Shown here in pieces: positions 24,551 to 38,905 of a DNA stretch of 64,000 nucleotides. Within the stretch, counting starts at the first letter, position 1. Each line of letters opens with the position of its first letter. Where the stretch lies: contig OX597833.1 in the NCBI GenBank assembly GCA_951406725.2, positions 37,758,001 to 37,822,000 of the forward strand. Direction: 5' to 3'. The position numbers and the translations under genes were made by a program. This DNA is from Octopus vulgaris (Eukaryota). The notes under the pieces were generated by a model, which saw only the letters and a program-made list of their open reading frames with translations, did no database searches and was not told where the DNA came from.

Positions 24551-25028
24551 TTGGCAGAATTCTACTTGAAACAAGCAATATATCCACTCATAACTTATTT
24601 ATTTTTTGCAATTTTCAGAAAACTTTTGCAAATGTGTTCTATACAAAAGAATTCGTATGACTATACAAAAAAAATATTTTTTTGCATGATTTAAGTTATT
24701 TAGTGTTATTTTTAGCACATCTCATGACTACCTCATACCACCCTTGTTTGTTTGTTACTCTGATGTACTGATGTTTTTCAATATCTTTCTCCCCATGAAC
24801 ACATTGAATGGCCCATTGTTCGGATTTAAGTCAAAAATTCAAACTGTCCTTTTTTTAAACTGTGATCTAAAAAAAAAAAAATCGAAAAATTAAAAATATA
24901 ATTGTTTTTTTTTTTTTTCATAGTCTATGAATTTCTATTTGTAGAACACAAATTTACAGGAATCTCCTGAAAATACAAAAATAAAAAAATTGGGGTTATA
25001 TCATGTGCTTGAAGTAGAATTCTGCCAA
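24551..25028. mobile_element. MITE with long (~130 bp) imperfect TIRs
   Basis: ttggcagaattctactt ... aagtagaattctgccaa. Internal inverted similarity continues (tgtgttcta / tagaacaca). Confidence 0.75.
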
Positions 25029-25619
25029 TTTATCCTCAAACCAAAGACTTGATCATCAAACTAAAGACCTGCTTGCAACACATTAGACACCATTAAATAC
25101 AACCAAGTGCCAAGCAGTGGTTTTACATTAAGCAACAGATGAATCCTAATACCCAAGAACAGGGACAGCCCCTTCAGTAAACTTCTAAACAGTTTCCATC
25201 TACCAAATCTTAGTCACAAGGCTTTGGTCAATCTGTGACTGTAGTAGGAAACACTTGTACAATGTGCCATTTAACAATGGGATCAAACCTGAAATCATGT
25301 AGTTGTGAAACTAATTTCTTAACCACAAAGCCACATTTGTCTCCAGCAGAACTGTGTCCACAGGCAAAATATGTTTCTTCTTCACCCAATCAATCTAGCT
25401 ATATACAGGTTCTATAGGTATGTACACCATATAGCCGAAATGATTGGGAGCATGGTATAATTATTTACTGTTTCATTAGCTTGTATTGTTAATTTCAGGT
25501 TTTGTAATGAGATTGTGAGCCTGGACCATGACAGAAGAACACCCACCACACTCATGGTGCAATAAATTCAATCACACTCTTATGAATTGTAAGGAGCATA
25601 GATCTACTCAATCAAGGTT

Positions 25620-25788
25620 GGGTGGAGTGGCTGTGTGGTAAGTAGCCTGCTTAGCAACCACATGGTTCCGGGTTCAGTTCCACTGCATGGCACCTTGGGC
25701 AAGTGTCTTCTACTATAGCCTCAGGCTGACCAAAGCCTTGTGAGTGGATTTGGTAGACGGAAACTGAAAGAAGCCTGTCGTATATATG

Positions 25789-25821
<33 letters not shown>

Positions 25822-26030
25822 ATGTTTGTGTGTCTGTGTTTGTCCCCCCAACATCACTTGACAACCAATACTGGTGTGTTTACGTCCCCGTAATCTAGCG
25901 GTTCAGCAAAAGAGACCGATACAATAAGTACTAGGCTTACAAAGAATAAGTCCTGGGGTCGATTTGCTCGACTAAAGGTGGTGCTCCAGCATGGCCACAG
26001 TCAAATGACTGAAACAAGTAAAAGAGTAAA
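25620..26030 (+). mobile_element. Bipartite tRNA/CORE-type octopus SINE (representative copy)
   Basis: tggctgtgtggtaag...ggttcagttcc...accttgggcaagtg, then a microsatellite, then ...gactgaaacaagtaaaag. Other copies at ~797-1320(+), 10285-10935(-), 12740-13370(+), 29395-29800(+), 32160-32550(+), 36955-37540(+), 48915-49530(-), 54255-54635(-) and 60735-61110(-). Confidence 0.85.
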
Positions 26031-27920
26031 TGCATAGAATAAGCTGAATAGTGATGCACACACACACACACATATAATGTCAAATATAAAATTGACACAC
26101 ATGCACACATACATATCATTAATATGGAGTAAAACAATGGCATAAATAATGTGAAGTATGACGATAACATTCTCAAATATCAATAATGTAACGTGTAACA
26201 GTAACACACACAAAAATAATGCATTGCACCAAATGTTTAACATTCAGAATTTTCTCCATTCAGAGAATTTGCTCTCCAGTGTCTCCAGAGGTTTAAAAAA
26301 AATCTATTGCTGTAACAACTTTCACTGGTCTTTCACTGGTTCTTAACCCTCTTATCCCATGATTTTTTGATTCCAGCCTTACAAGATTCTCTATGCGCAA
26401 GGAAAAAAAATATCTACCTCATAGATACATCCTCAAGTCACTGACACACTGCTGGGCTGAGTCAATCCAGTCTTCTTAACTATAACAAGCTTCTAAGAAT
26501 TTATTCTATCTGACCTTTCACAATTGTATCTTACTTCTGAAAACATTTACTAAATTAACCTTTTAGCATTTAAGCTGGCCAATCCAACCAAAATATTCTA
26601 CCTGTTTTATCTTCAGACTGGCCAGATCTGGCCTTTTACACTTACCCTACAATATTATTCTGAAAATAAACAATCACGTCACTGAAATCTCAAAGCTACA
26701 AAGTAATGCATGACTAATTCATATCAATGAGAATAAATAAGTATTACATTTGACAGAGAAATCTGAATGCTAAAGGGTCAGTCATATTTCATCATGATGC
26801 ATAGATATTTAATGTATAGGTTTATTTAATACCACATACACAGAAGAAATAGTAAATATTTTTTTTTCTGGTTTGCCTGAAGAGAGTGCCTGCATCCATG
26901 ACAGAGGGGAGGAAGGGCAGAAGTTATTTTCAGACAAGAGACAAAGACTCAAACGCTTGCAGCAGAGAAGGCTCTGTTAAAGGTACTCAAGGACAAGATG
27001 GTGGTGTTAAACTGAGCAATGATAAGGTCTACCACCTACCTTCTGCCAAATTTCACTCATGAGGCCTTGATTGGACTGGAGAAGACACTTGTATAAGATG
27101 CCACACAGAGGAATTGAACTCTAAACTATATAGTTATGAAACAAGCTTCTTAATCATACAGCTATGCTTTCTTATGTCATCAGATGTTGGGTGACCAACT
27201 GAGAAGTGAGTGGTTCATATCATGTCATTAGTCTTGAGATGTATCTATGACCAGATGTAAATATGACACAGTTGATAGAAACTAATGTAAGCAGAAACAT
27301 TACTTATAATAATTAATGGGTATTTCCTTTTATTAACATGCATTGCTGAGTTCAATTCTTCTTGTGAAAAGAGCTTTGAAAAAAGGGGAATGCTACCAAA
27401 CTGACTTAGCCAAGATACACTCCATAATGTCAATGTCTTCAGCAGTGACACTATAACATAAAGGCTTATAGAACTTACCACTGCCATATAAACCCAATGT
27501 CATCAGTTCATCTGACAGAGACAACAGCCAAGTCTTCCTCAAATCATATCCAACTGGCTCAAGAAAGGAAAAAACACACCAGATAATATAGTTATAAACA
27601 TACTTTCAAAAAATACACAGTCTGGTCATAGTTAGAATTGGTTTAATCATAGTTCAGCTCAACCAATTATTACTCGGAACTAAATAACAACAACTGAAAC
27701 AACAACAACAGCATACAAATATAAATAATTCACCTGCTCGAAAAAGTAACCAAATATCTCTGATAATACTCTACTACCTTAAAGAGGGTAGTCAAACTGG
27801 ATAATATAGCATGTTTGAAAGAAAGACACCCAGAAATAGAGACCACTGAAATACCTTTCATCAAAACAGCAATATAACATAAATTTATAATTAATTCAGC
27901 CAATTTTTTTTTTTATGTAC

Positions 27921-28120
27921 CTGTTAGCTGTTGCTGTTGATACTACCACAACTGGGGTTTTTGCTGCAACTACAGCACCTAGTGATGGTGATGTTGGTGT
28001 TGGTGTTGGTGACGGCGTTAAGATCTCTTGGATTCTTTTGTTTTCACCTCCAGCAACATCAAGAAAAGATGGGCTGACTTTCTCTCCAGTAGATTTCAAA
28101 GACAAAGTGCCATCAAAGTC
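27921..28120 (-). CDS. CEP164: CEP164-like exon (DFDGTLSLKSTGEK...TPSPTPTPTSPS...STATANR), phase 0-2
   Basis: tttgtag acceptor, AG|GTACAT donor, 200 nt. Phase matches both neighbours. Confidence 0.85.
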
Positions 28121-28231
28121 CTACAAACAAAAAGTAAATGAAATTATTCAATTTAGAAGTAAAGATTCCTAGATCAAATCCAGTCTAAGTACCATGAAAG
28201 AAAACAAGATGATAATCAGACACAAAACATA

Positions 28232-28650
28232 TGAGGTGGTATCAAAAAGTTCTTGAACTAGTCCTGTAGCACATCAACAGATGGTAGCACATGGTTGCAT
28301 GTGAGTGAGAACTGGCAGTGACCTTCATGAGGCAGTGTGCCAAATGACATTGTTGTGTTTACTTTGCAAGTTGTGAAATTTGTGTTTGGGTGATCACATG
28401 TAAGCTGTAATCTGCAATTTTTGTCATGGACAGGAAGTGGGGATAAAGGGTGACCGTGAAATTTCGCATTATACTTGGGAAGTCTGCTACAGAGTGATTG
28501 AGCATGCTTCAGCAAGCTTACAGTAACGAGACACTGGGTTGTACACTATGTTCTGAGTGGCAAGGGTGCTTCAAAAGTGGAAGAACATCCCTGGAAGACA
28601 AGGAGTGATCTGGCAGACCTGCCACAACCATCACCCTGGAAATGTGGAGA
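28232..28650 (+). mobile_element. 5' fragment of an older, different mariner
   Basis: TA followed by a tgaggtggtatcaaaaagttc TIR-like end. Degenerate HTH peptide 'W..CFKSGRTSLEDKE*SGRP'. Confidence 0.6.
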
Positions 28651-28927
28651 AAAAAAAAAAAATATATATATATATCATCATATATATATATCATCGTGAT
28701 CATCATGTATATTTATATACATACACTCATACACATATAAATAAATAGTAATTTACAAAATAATAAAAAAAATCATATTTTAGCATCACAGACCCACATG
28801 ATAACAGATTAAACAGGTTGAAGTTAGAATGAATAATCAAATAGAACAAATTTCTTCAGCAACAACTTTCCAGTCTCTTTTTCACTAAAGAAACATATTT
28901 ACAATTAAGCCATTTTTTTTTACTTAC

Positions 28928-29011
28928 CTTTTCTAAGAAATCTCGAAATGCAAAGTCAAAATTCTCAATATCCATAATTTTTTCAGACAGACCTTTGTCA
29001 ATGCCGAAATC
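28928..29011 (-). CDS. CEP164: CEP164-like exon (DFGIDKGLSEKIMDIENFDFAFRDFLEK), phase 0-0
   Basis: ttcttag acceptor, GTAAGT donor, 84 nt open frame. Confidence 0.85.
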
Positions 29012-29801
29012 CTAAGAAGTAAACAACAACAAATATATATATATATATATGTATATATGTGTATATGATAAAATAGTATAAATAAAATCTTAACATTAGA
29101 AACCAGTAAAGGAATGAAAAATAGTTGGAAAGGAACTTAAGTCTGTGCATCAGAGAAAATGTTATCACTTCCAATTTATCTTAATAAAAAAAAGACTAAA
29201 AACTACTTCTATCAGAATCACTGTACTTAAAGCTACAAGACTGGTTTTATCTCTCTTCAGTTTCTTTGGTATTAAGAAGATCAAAGGTAAATTGCTTTCC
29301 TAGAGAGTAGTCATTTTATGATATATAAATATCATAAAATTATGATATATAAATATATATGATATATATTATGATATATAAATATATATAAATAGGTACA
29401 GGCATGGCTGAGTGATAAAAAGCTTGCTTCCCAATTACATGATTCCGGGTTCAGTTCCACTGCATGGCACCTTACAGAAGTGACTTCTACTATAGCTTCG
29501 GGCTGACCGGAGCCTTTTGAGTGGATTTGGTAGATAGAAACTGAAAAAAGCTCATCGTATGTGTGTGTGTGTGTATATTTATGTGTCTGTCTTTGTTTGG
29601 CCCCCACCACTGCTTGACAACCAGTGTCGGTGTGTTTGTGTCCCTGTAACTTAGTGGTTTGGCAAATGAGACTGACAGAAGAAGTGCCACTTCTTAAAAA
29701 ATAAAAAAAGAAGTACTGGGGTTGATTTATTCAACTAAAAATTCAAGGCAGTGCCCCAGTATGGCCACAGTCTAGTGACTAAAACCAGTAAAAGAATAAA
29801 A

Positions 29802-29840
<39 letters not shown>

Positions 29841-29942
29841 GTTGTGACTGTGTTTGCCAACCATATCGTTTGGGGTTCAGTTCCATTGCATGCCATCTTG
29901 CCAAGCAGTGTCTTTTCTGTGGCCCCAGGTCAACGAAAGTTT

Positions 29943-29994
<52 letters not shown>

Positions 29995-32900
29995 GTATGT
30001 ATGTATATATATATATACATACACACACGTATATATGCATACACACTAACAGCATGTATGTGTGTATGTGTATATATATATATATATATGCATACATACA
30101 TACACATGCATATGCATAAACACTCAAACATATGTACATACTTAAACGCACACACACACATGTACATACTTAATTACACACAAAAAATTTAATCACTTTA
30201 TCATGCTGCTTCTGTATAAATCTCTCTTAGAGATTTAGAAATGTATTATTTCCACTTATTTCTTATTTAACAAATTCAGCAACCATACTGGTTAGCTATT
30301 GTTCTTATGAAATCTCTCTCACCCATCTAAGTTCTCCAGGACTGGCGGCCAAATCAAATATTATGTTGAATGAGGAAACTATCAACCAAAGAATTTATGG
30401 TTCTTAACCCATTAAAGACTTTGGTTAAGGCTGGTAACTCTGGACAGTAGATTCCGCTTAGATTTAAATAGGCTGATGCTGTTGTTTAGCCCTAGGTCAG
30501 TTCTGACTCAAGCTGACCTATAATCAAAAGTCCTGACCACCCCATTTTCAAACATAATGTACCATGAATTGCATTGTCCAATGTACGCTTCTTTTAAAAA
30601 AAAGATTGCTATTTCTTATAGGATGAGTTACCATGCAGAGGATCCCTCATTGACCAGTAAGTGCACCATTTAGGAAAATAATACATGTACTAGAATTTTG
30701 CAGTGCTGAGTTCAAAATTGCATATGAGTTTACAGAAAATATTTCTGTAGTTGGTATCATGAAAATTCCCTCGAAGCGCCTTTGACAAAAGTCTCTCGCA
30801 ATAAACTATGACCCAATATTAACAGGACAATAAAGTGACAGAATCCCTGGAAGGGAGACAACTGTGACTTAATAGTGGTTGGTTACATCTAAATGACAGC
30901 ATCTCTAAGACACAAGGCCAGTGCTACGAAGTATGGGGCCCTCTACTCTACAAAAGCTGAAGATTGATGCTTTATGCTTCATGTAGTACACCAGTCTCAG
31001 CCAAAAAGCGTTGAGGGCTTGAGGTTCCACCATCAGCCACAATGAAATACTAAAAATTCATCATAACATCCTCTGCTGGAGCATGAGCATAGGGTCCTCT
31101 CTTGGCACGAGGCCCTCTTTTGGTGTGGGGCCCTCTGTTGACAAGGGGCCTACTCTTGGCACAAGGCCTAATTTGAATAAATCTGTCTAATTGGCTTAAA
31201 ACTGGTTCCATATTACATAACAGTGATATGCACCTTTAAGCAACATATTCAAGTGAAAATTCTGGGTGAAGGAATTATCTGATGTAACAGTGACGGGTAC
31301 TTGGGAAGGAGTGATTTGTGATTCAATAGTGACTTGTTACAACATATAAATGACAGGATCCCACGAAAATTTTCATCTATGCCTCAAAAGTGAGCTCTTA
31401 TGTAGAAGTGACAGAGTATCAAATGTACTTTGAAACTCTTAACCATATTTCTATTCAAATACATTGACTTTTTTTATATTAATTTTGAAAATAACAAAGA
31501 ATTTAGTAAACTAACTTTGTTAATATTAAGCTGGTGTTTGGACCATAAGTTAATGTGAAATTTTGATGGAAGGTTTTAATTTAAGTAATTTTTAAATAGA
31601 AAGTGTTTTTAATCATAGAACCAGGGGCAGTTTCAGGCAGTTGACATCAAAAGGATAAAATAACAGCTTAACTCTTTAGCATTTTTTATTTCTATTTATG
31701 CACCCTTTTCAAGCCTAGCCAGGCTCATGGGCCCAGTTTCTGTGGCATATGTGTTCCCCCAGCTGGATGGGACGCCAGTCCATCGCAGCATTACTCAAAA
31801 AACAGGAAGAAAGAGTGAGAGAAAGTTGGGTCGAAAGAGTACAACAGGGGTCGCCACCACCCCCTGCCAGAGCCTCATGGAGCTTTAGGTGATTTCATTC
31901 AATAAACACACACAACGCCCGGTTTGGGAATCGAAACCATGATCCACCGACCACGAGTCTGCTGCCCTAACCACTGGGCCGTTCCGCCTCCACTCTTTAG
32001 CATTTAAATCAGTTATATCCAATCCAAATATACTGCCCGTTTTATGTTCAAACTAGCCAGGTCCAGCTTCTCACACCTACTCTTCAATCACATCATTGAA
32101 ATCTCGATGCTACGAGAAAATGCATGATTAATTCAAAATAACGTAAATAAACAAGCTTTACAGGCGCAAGCGTGGTTGTATGGTAAGAAGCTTGCTTACA
32201 AGCCACAAGGTTTCGGATTCAGGCCCACTGCATGACAACTTGGGGAAGTGTCTTTTACTATAGCTTCGGGCCAACCAAAGCCTTGTGAGTGGATTTGATA
32301 GGCAGAAACTGAAAGAAGCCCATCATATATATATGTATATGTTTGTGTGTGTGACTATGTTTGTCACTCCACTATCGCTTGACAACTGATGCTGGTGTGT
32401 TTACATCCCCGTAACTTAGCGGTTCGGCAAAAGAAACCTAGTAGAATGAGTACTAGGTTTAAAACGAATAAATCCTTGGGTCGATTTGTTCAATTAAATG
32501 TGGTGCTCCAGCATGGCCACAATCAAATGACTGAAACAAGTAAAAGAATAAAAACAAGCTTTATATTTGACAGAGTAATCTGAATCCTTATGGGTTAATT
32601 CATGAAAAACACTCTAGTAAACTACATCAAATCTTGATTTTGTTTTTCATCTCAGGACTAGGTTGTAAATCTGTAAAAAAGAGGTGCACAGCGGATTTGA
32701 TGCCAGCATAGACACAAGTAGTATTTATTTTATTGACTCTAGAAAGAGGAAAAGAAAAGTCATCTCCACCCTTAGGTTTAATATTGATTTCAAATCCAGA
32801 CATTTGGAGGAAGGGGTAAGATGATTATGTCAACCCCAGCACTCGACCAGTATTTATTTTATCGACCCCAGAAGGATGAAAGGTAAAATCAACCTTGGCA

Positions 32901-33779
32901 GAATTCGAACTCAGAACATAAAGATGGACAAACTGCTGATAAGCATTTTGCCTGGTGTGCTAATCTGCCAGCTCACCACCTTAACCTTAACTTTAATACT
33001 CACTTCTAACTTTGGTCACAAGTCCAAATATTCATAGGGATAAAATTAAGCAAATCAACCTCAATATATAACTGTATATTTATTTATTTTATTTTATCAA
33101 CACCAGCAAGGTTTTAACTCAGATTGCAGAGGGACATAATTAACCCTTAAACAGCGAAAAAAGGGTTGCATGAATGTGTATGCCAAAGAGGCAAAAAACA
33201 AAAGTATTTCTTTTACTTAAAGGTAATTCTTACACTTAATTTCACTTTAAATAAGTACAAAACCTATAATAATTGTCTGCCTCTCACACAATAAATTTTA
33301 GTTTCAATATCAAAAAGTGCCATAAAATATTCCCTTTCCTTTGCATATCTATCATGAGCATAAATCATTTGAAATTCCCACTTTGTTGTTGACAAACAAA
33401 TGTACAAATGGAGAAAAATCAGTGAAATAAATTTTTCCACCCTGTACTAGTTAAAGCATTACTTTCTGTGCTACCTAGAGCATCATCATCATCATCAACA
33501 TCATCTGCCTCAACTGATGATGAAGGAATGTCAGAAAAAAACCTTCTTCATTGCTTATAAATATTTCATTTACAACTTTATTTCTCTCAAAGACAAAGGC
33601 CACTTGCACTAAGATGCATTTGACAAAGTAGGCATTTGGGCATCAAGTGTTGATGGCTGTATCTATGTAAAATTTTTTAAACATCAATTGATGATGTCTA
33701 CTGTTCCCTAATGATACATAAATTGACACTACTCACCATTTAAGGGCCAAACATCTAAAGGTTTAAAGCAGCCATCATC

Positions 33780-35190
33780 ATCACCGTCATCTGATCAAGC
33801 TTGCTCAGACATTTTCAAACTACACATGCCATTCATCTCATTTTTGAACTGCACATGCCATCCAGCCTGCATTAGTTGAAGGAGATCTTCAGGGAGGCAG
33901 CCTGAGTCTCTGGCGAGTTGATCTACATACATTGTGCTCAGATGACCAGCTCAAGTACAGCCATGCTTTGGCATCCATAGCAATAGGTCACTTGCCACCT
34001 CCTGTTTAGCTCGCCAGCAATGTCTCACAAAGTGCAAGGCCTTTCCCTTACAATGTTGGAAACAGGTAAGAGATCTTCATACAATGTTTGCCAGCAGATA
34101 CTGACTTTAAAATATTCAAGCTGGACACACACTGTATTAGTTTCACCAATCTTAGAAGGCCTTAGAAGGTCATGATACAGTCTTACTCTCCTCCAGCCAT
34201 TGAGAAAGAGCCCTATGAAAGTAAACAATGAACCTATCGTTGAATATTAAATCAATTATCTCTTATTTAACAAGTAAATAAGCTACCAGGCATGCCAAAC
34301 TGAACCAGCAACATTGTTCAAAAATGTTCACACATGTTGTTTAACCCCTATTTTTATCATATTAACATGTATAGACTATCAAATTTGAAGATTGATCGAT
34401 CACTTCTTTTAGCTGGAAAAAAGAAACAGCTGATCTCTTCAGATGTCTGTGTGTGTGTGTGTGTGTGCGCACGCAGGTGTACTTGTGCTTGAGTTTTTGA
34501 TGAAAGAATATGTTACAGATGACTAAGTTTAGTTCTGAGCAAGCAGCTTTCAACCATTAGCATTCACTGAACCAATGCCATGGCAGCCAAATGCATCCCA
34601 TGTCTCATAGTCTGTATCAACTTGTGCATTTGAAATCACCAAGGACAATCAGTTTTTCATCAACCAGCAGTTTTAGTGGTACAACCAGTGTATTACCAGT
34701 ACAAAGATTTTCAAGGAATGTCATGATAGTTTCTTCATTGACTTGGAGAGTTGGAGCATAAATTGACGAGATTGTCACATATCATCCAAATGAAAGGGGA
34801 AAGCAAAGCTTCATTATGTGATCAGTGATATTGCAGAACCGACACCATCTTCTCATAATCCACATGCCCAGAAGAGTATGGGGAGGCACGTGGCTTAGTG
34901 GCTACGGTGTCAGCATCATGATCGTAAAATTGTGGTTTCGATTCCAGGACTGGGCGACGCGTTGTGATCTTGAGCAAAACACTTCATTTCACGTTGCTCC
35001 AGTCCACTCAGCTGGCAAAAATGAGTAATGCTGAGAAATGCCTAAATGGCAAATTATATGAAATAATGGAAAAACCCAGAAGAGTATGTAGCCTGATGAT
35101 ACTTCAGTAAGCTGATCTTCCTCAGAGAGATGCGTTTCAGACAAAACTACAATCTCTATGTGCAGTCTTTGAAGTTCTTTGGTCACTTTG
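33780..35190 (-). mobile_element. Heavily deleted RTE-like LINE (endonuclease and 3' remnants), interrupted by a SINE at ~34880-35030
   Basis: ELQRLHIEIVVLSETHLSEEDQLTEVSSGYILFW (APE N-terminus), a TISSIYAPT-like motif at ~34760 and a (GAT)n tail at ~33775. Confidence 0.6.
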
Positions 35191-37045
35191 GAAAGAGCAG
35201 TGTTGTGTACTATATAATTAACAAGAATCTGTTGTTAATTTTCAGTGATGAGGTTCAAATCATCTACTGGGTCTGGAGTTGGCAATAGGAGATAACTCCA
35301 AGGAATTCTTCCCACAGAGATTTTAAAATTAGTAAGATAATCAGAAATTCAACTTTGCCATCTCATTTTTTGTGGTACAAACTAGCATAAAAACAGCAGT
35401 AGCAGCCACAGTAACAAAAACAGATTTGAACTGACAATAACAGTTTCCACTCAGTATAGTGTGATAAGCATACTAAATACAAGTAATACATAAAATAGTG
35501 AGCTAAAAAACTTTGATTAATAACATTATTCCAGTAATAAGTACCCAAAAAAAACTCCCTCTAAGGATGTTTAAAATCTAAAAGCAAGAATCAAAGGAAA
35601 CAAACTCCAATAATATCAGTCAAAAGAAATTTTTGGCAAAGTTGATAAAGAAAATAGTGGATCTTATCTGTAAAGCCAATTGGTGAAAGCAATAGACTTA
35701 TTTTCAATCTTAGATCTCTCCAGCAAAACATATTCTACACATTTGATAAAACTTAGAAGTGATCAGCATACCAGAAAGGAAATGAGTTGATGTTAAATTG
35801 GCCACTTCTTCTAGTAGTTTACCAATGGTCTAATGTTGACCACTTACCAAAACAAGTAATATCTATCTAGCAATTTTTCCAAAGATCCTTGGGAAATTTA
35901 AGGATCAACATTTAGCTGATTTTTGTGGTAGAAATGGGACAAGATGCCTGTCTATTACAGGTAACATTCTTAGACGATCTAGTATCATTTTTTTTTTTTT
36001 GTCAGATGAGTGAATTGAGACAACATATAATAAAGTGTTCCACATATAATAGAGTGTTCCACTTGCAGTGGATTTGAACTCATGACCTAAAAATAAGGCA
36101 ACCAAGGGCTTATCTACTTTCATAATTTCTCCAATGGTACAAAATGACAAGATTTGACTTTAGCATTAGCTATCTAGCATTCTGACCATTGAAGCACCCA
36201 ACTACTAATTAGAGAAAAAAACAAAAAAAAAAGAAACACCAGACTCTTGTACTATTATAATTATTATTATTATTACATTAATGTTGGGGTATTTTGTTGC
36301 TTTTTTTAAAAATTTAGTCAGAGAAGGAAGGGAAGCACCTACGAACCATTTATTTTGTTAGAGCCTCTGAAATTGATATGAGAAGAAGGAAGGAGGTTGT
36401 CTTCAGACCAGAGGTCTGGTCTGAATGCTTGCAACAGAGAGAATTCTACTAAAGGTAGACCAGGACCATGTGGAACAAATACTGTAAGTCATCCTGTCCA
36501 CTACATTACAAATTCTGCTGATCAACAACTCTACCTTCATACTTTATTTTATCAACTCAGAAAGGTGAAGAAGACTGCAATAAGATCTGGAGTGCAGAGA
36601 GTAAAGTTTTTTTTTTTAAACACAAAGTCGACATCTTGAGGAAAATTTGGTTGTTATTTCTAGCAAGTGATGAGACATAAAAAAGTAGCTTTTTAATTGA
36701 TTTACTGAAGCTTCATTAAATCAATTGAAAAACTACTTTTTGATGTTCATGCAGTTGCTTCAATAAATCAGAACAGAACAAGGATTTCTTTGAACTTTTT
36801 ATTTACAAAAAAAGTGTGCTAAAAAAGAGCAGTACATTGTGATGACGATGATGATGATGACATTAACAATAATAATAATAGTTGTTTCTAATTTTGGGCA
36901 AAAGACAAGCAGTTTTGAAGGAAGAAGGATAGTCAGTGCCATCAACCCCAGTACTTGTCTTCTACTATAGCCTCAGGCTAAGTGGTCAACTATAGTAGAA
37001 GTTTGGTAGATGGAAACTGAAAGAAGCCCATCATGTATGTGTGCG

Positions 37046-37080
<35 letters not shown>

Positions 37081-37756
37081 GTGGAGTAGATGAAAGAGGG
37101 ACAACTGAAGAAGGGGAATATTCTTTATGTTGTATGTCTCGTTCCTATGTTTTTGTTTTTGTTTCTCATTGTATTCAACGTTTTTTGATGTCCTATACCC
37201 ATATATGCATGTATATATACATATATATATGTAGGTATGTAAATATGTGTATGTATAAATGCATATATTTATATATTATTTATATTATTATATATATATA
37301 TATACACTTGTGTGTGTGTGTGTGTGTGTGCATGTGTTTGTCCTGCATCACCACTTGACAGCTGACGTTGGGTTGTTTATGTCTCTGTAACTAAACAGTT
37401 CGGCAAAAGAGACCAACAGAATAAGTACCAGATATTAAAAAAAAAAATAGTACTGGGGTTAATTTGTTCAACTAAATCCTTCAGAATACTGCACTAGCAT
37501 GACCACAGTCTAATGACTGAAACCAGTAAAAAGATGAGAAGATGAAAACCATATAAGAGTGCAATCCATTTAGTCAACTCCAGTAATTGACAAGTACATA
37601 TTTTTTTTTCAACCCCAGGAGGATTAAAAAGCATAGTCTCAGCCTCACAATAATTTGAGCTCTGTATGCAAATATCAAGTTCAAGGAAATAAAAGTCAGT
37701 TTGTTCAGTTATTTCTTCTTGGTCTAAGTCCGTGAGCTACTGTGAGAAATCTTTCA

Positions 37757-37962
37757 CGGCAGAATCATTAGAGTGTCAGAGAAAATACTTTGTTGTATTT
37801 ATTCTGGCTCTTTATACCCTGGGTTCAAATGCTGCTACAGTCAAGTTTGTTTTTCATCCCTCCAAGAGTCAATAAAAGGAGATATGAGTCAAGTACTGGA
37901 GATCAAAGATATCAACTAACGTTCTCCCTATCAAAATTGGTAGCTTTGAGCCTAAGTCAGAA

Positions 37963-37994
<32 letters not shown>

Positions 37995-38521
37995 TGAGCA
38001 AGGAGGTGAGCGGGTAGAATCATTACCACACAAGGGAAAACGCTTAGTGGCATACGTTCCAGTATTACATTCCAACTTTACCTTTCATTGTTTTGGGGGG
38101 GTCAACAAAATAAGTAGCATTTGAACACTGGGGTCAATGTAATCAACTAACCTCATCCCCTAAAATTGCTGCCCTTGAGCCAAAATTTGAAATCATCATC
38201 ATTATTATGAGTTCAAATTCCACCGAGGTGACTTTGCCTTTCATCCTTTCGGGGTTGACTAAATAAGTACCAGTTACGCACTAGGGTTGATTTAATCAAC
38301 TTAATCCCTTTGCCCAAATTTGAAGCCTTGTGCTTCCAGTAGAAAGGATTATTGTTATTATTACCATTATTATTATTATTATTATTATTATCACCATTAT
38401 TATTGTTGTTGTTATTATTATTATTACCATTATTATTATTATTATTATCATCATTATTATTATTATTACCATTATTATTATAATTATTATTACCAGTAGA
38501 AAGGATTATTGTTATTATTAC

Positions 38522-38560
<39 letters not shown>

Positions 38561-38596
38561 CACCATTATTATTGTTGTTGTTATTATTATTATTAC

Positions 38597-38632
<36 letters not shown>

Positions 38633-38905
38633 TATTATTATAATTATTATAATTATAATTATTATTATTATTATTATTAAGGTGGTGAGCTGTCAAAGGC
38701 AGCAAGTTGGCAGAATTGTTAGCACACCAAGCAAAATAATTTTAGGCATTTCTTCTGCCTTTACATCTTGAGTTCAAATTCCATAAAGGTCAACTTTACC
38801 TTTCATCCTTTTGGGGTCAATGAAACAAGTACCAGTTGAGCATTGAGGTCAATTTCATTGACTTGCCCACTACCCAAAATTTCTGGCTTTGTGCCTATAG
38901 TAGAA
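37757..38905 (+). mobile_element. Cluster of ~4 Nin/Deu-domain-like SINEs with (TTA)n tails
   Basis: Repeated gagttcaaattcc...tttcatcctttcggggt(c/t)ga...aagtaccagtt. Confidence 0.8.
38345..38678 (+). repeat. (TTA)n microsatellite with a ~157-bp internal duplication
   Basis: ccagtagaaaggattattgttattattacc occurs at ~38336 and ~38493. Confidence 0.9.

Noticed and set aside
29751-30192. YI/CV-repeat ORFs (also at many other sites)
   Set aside because: (TA)n and (TG)n dinucleotide repeats and SINE sequence.
38213-38705. Poly-I, poly-N and poly-Y ORFs
   Set aside because: (TTA)n microsatellite.
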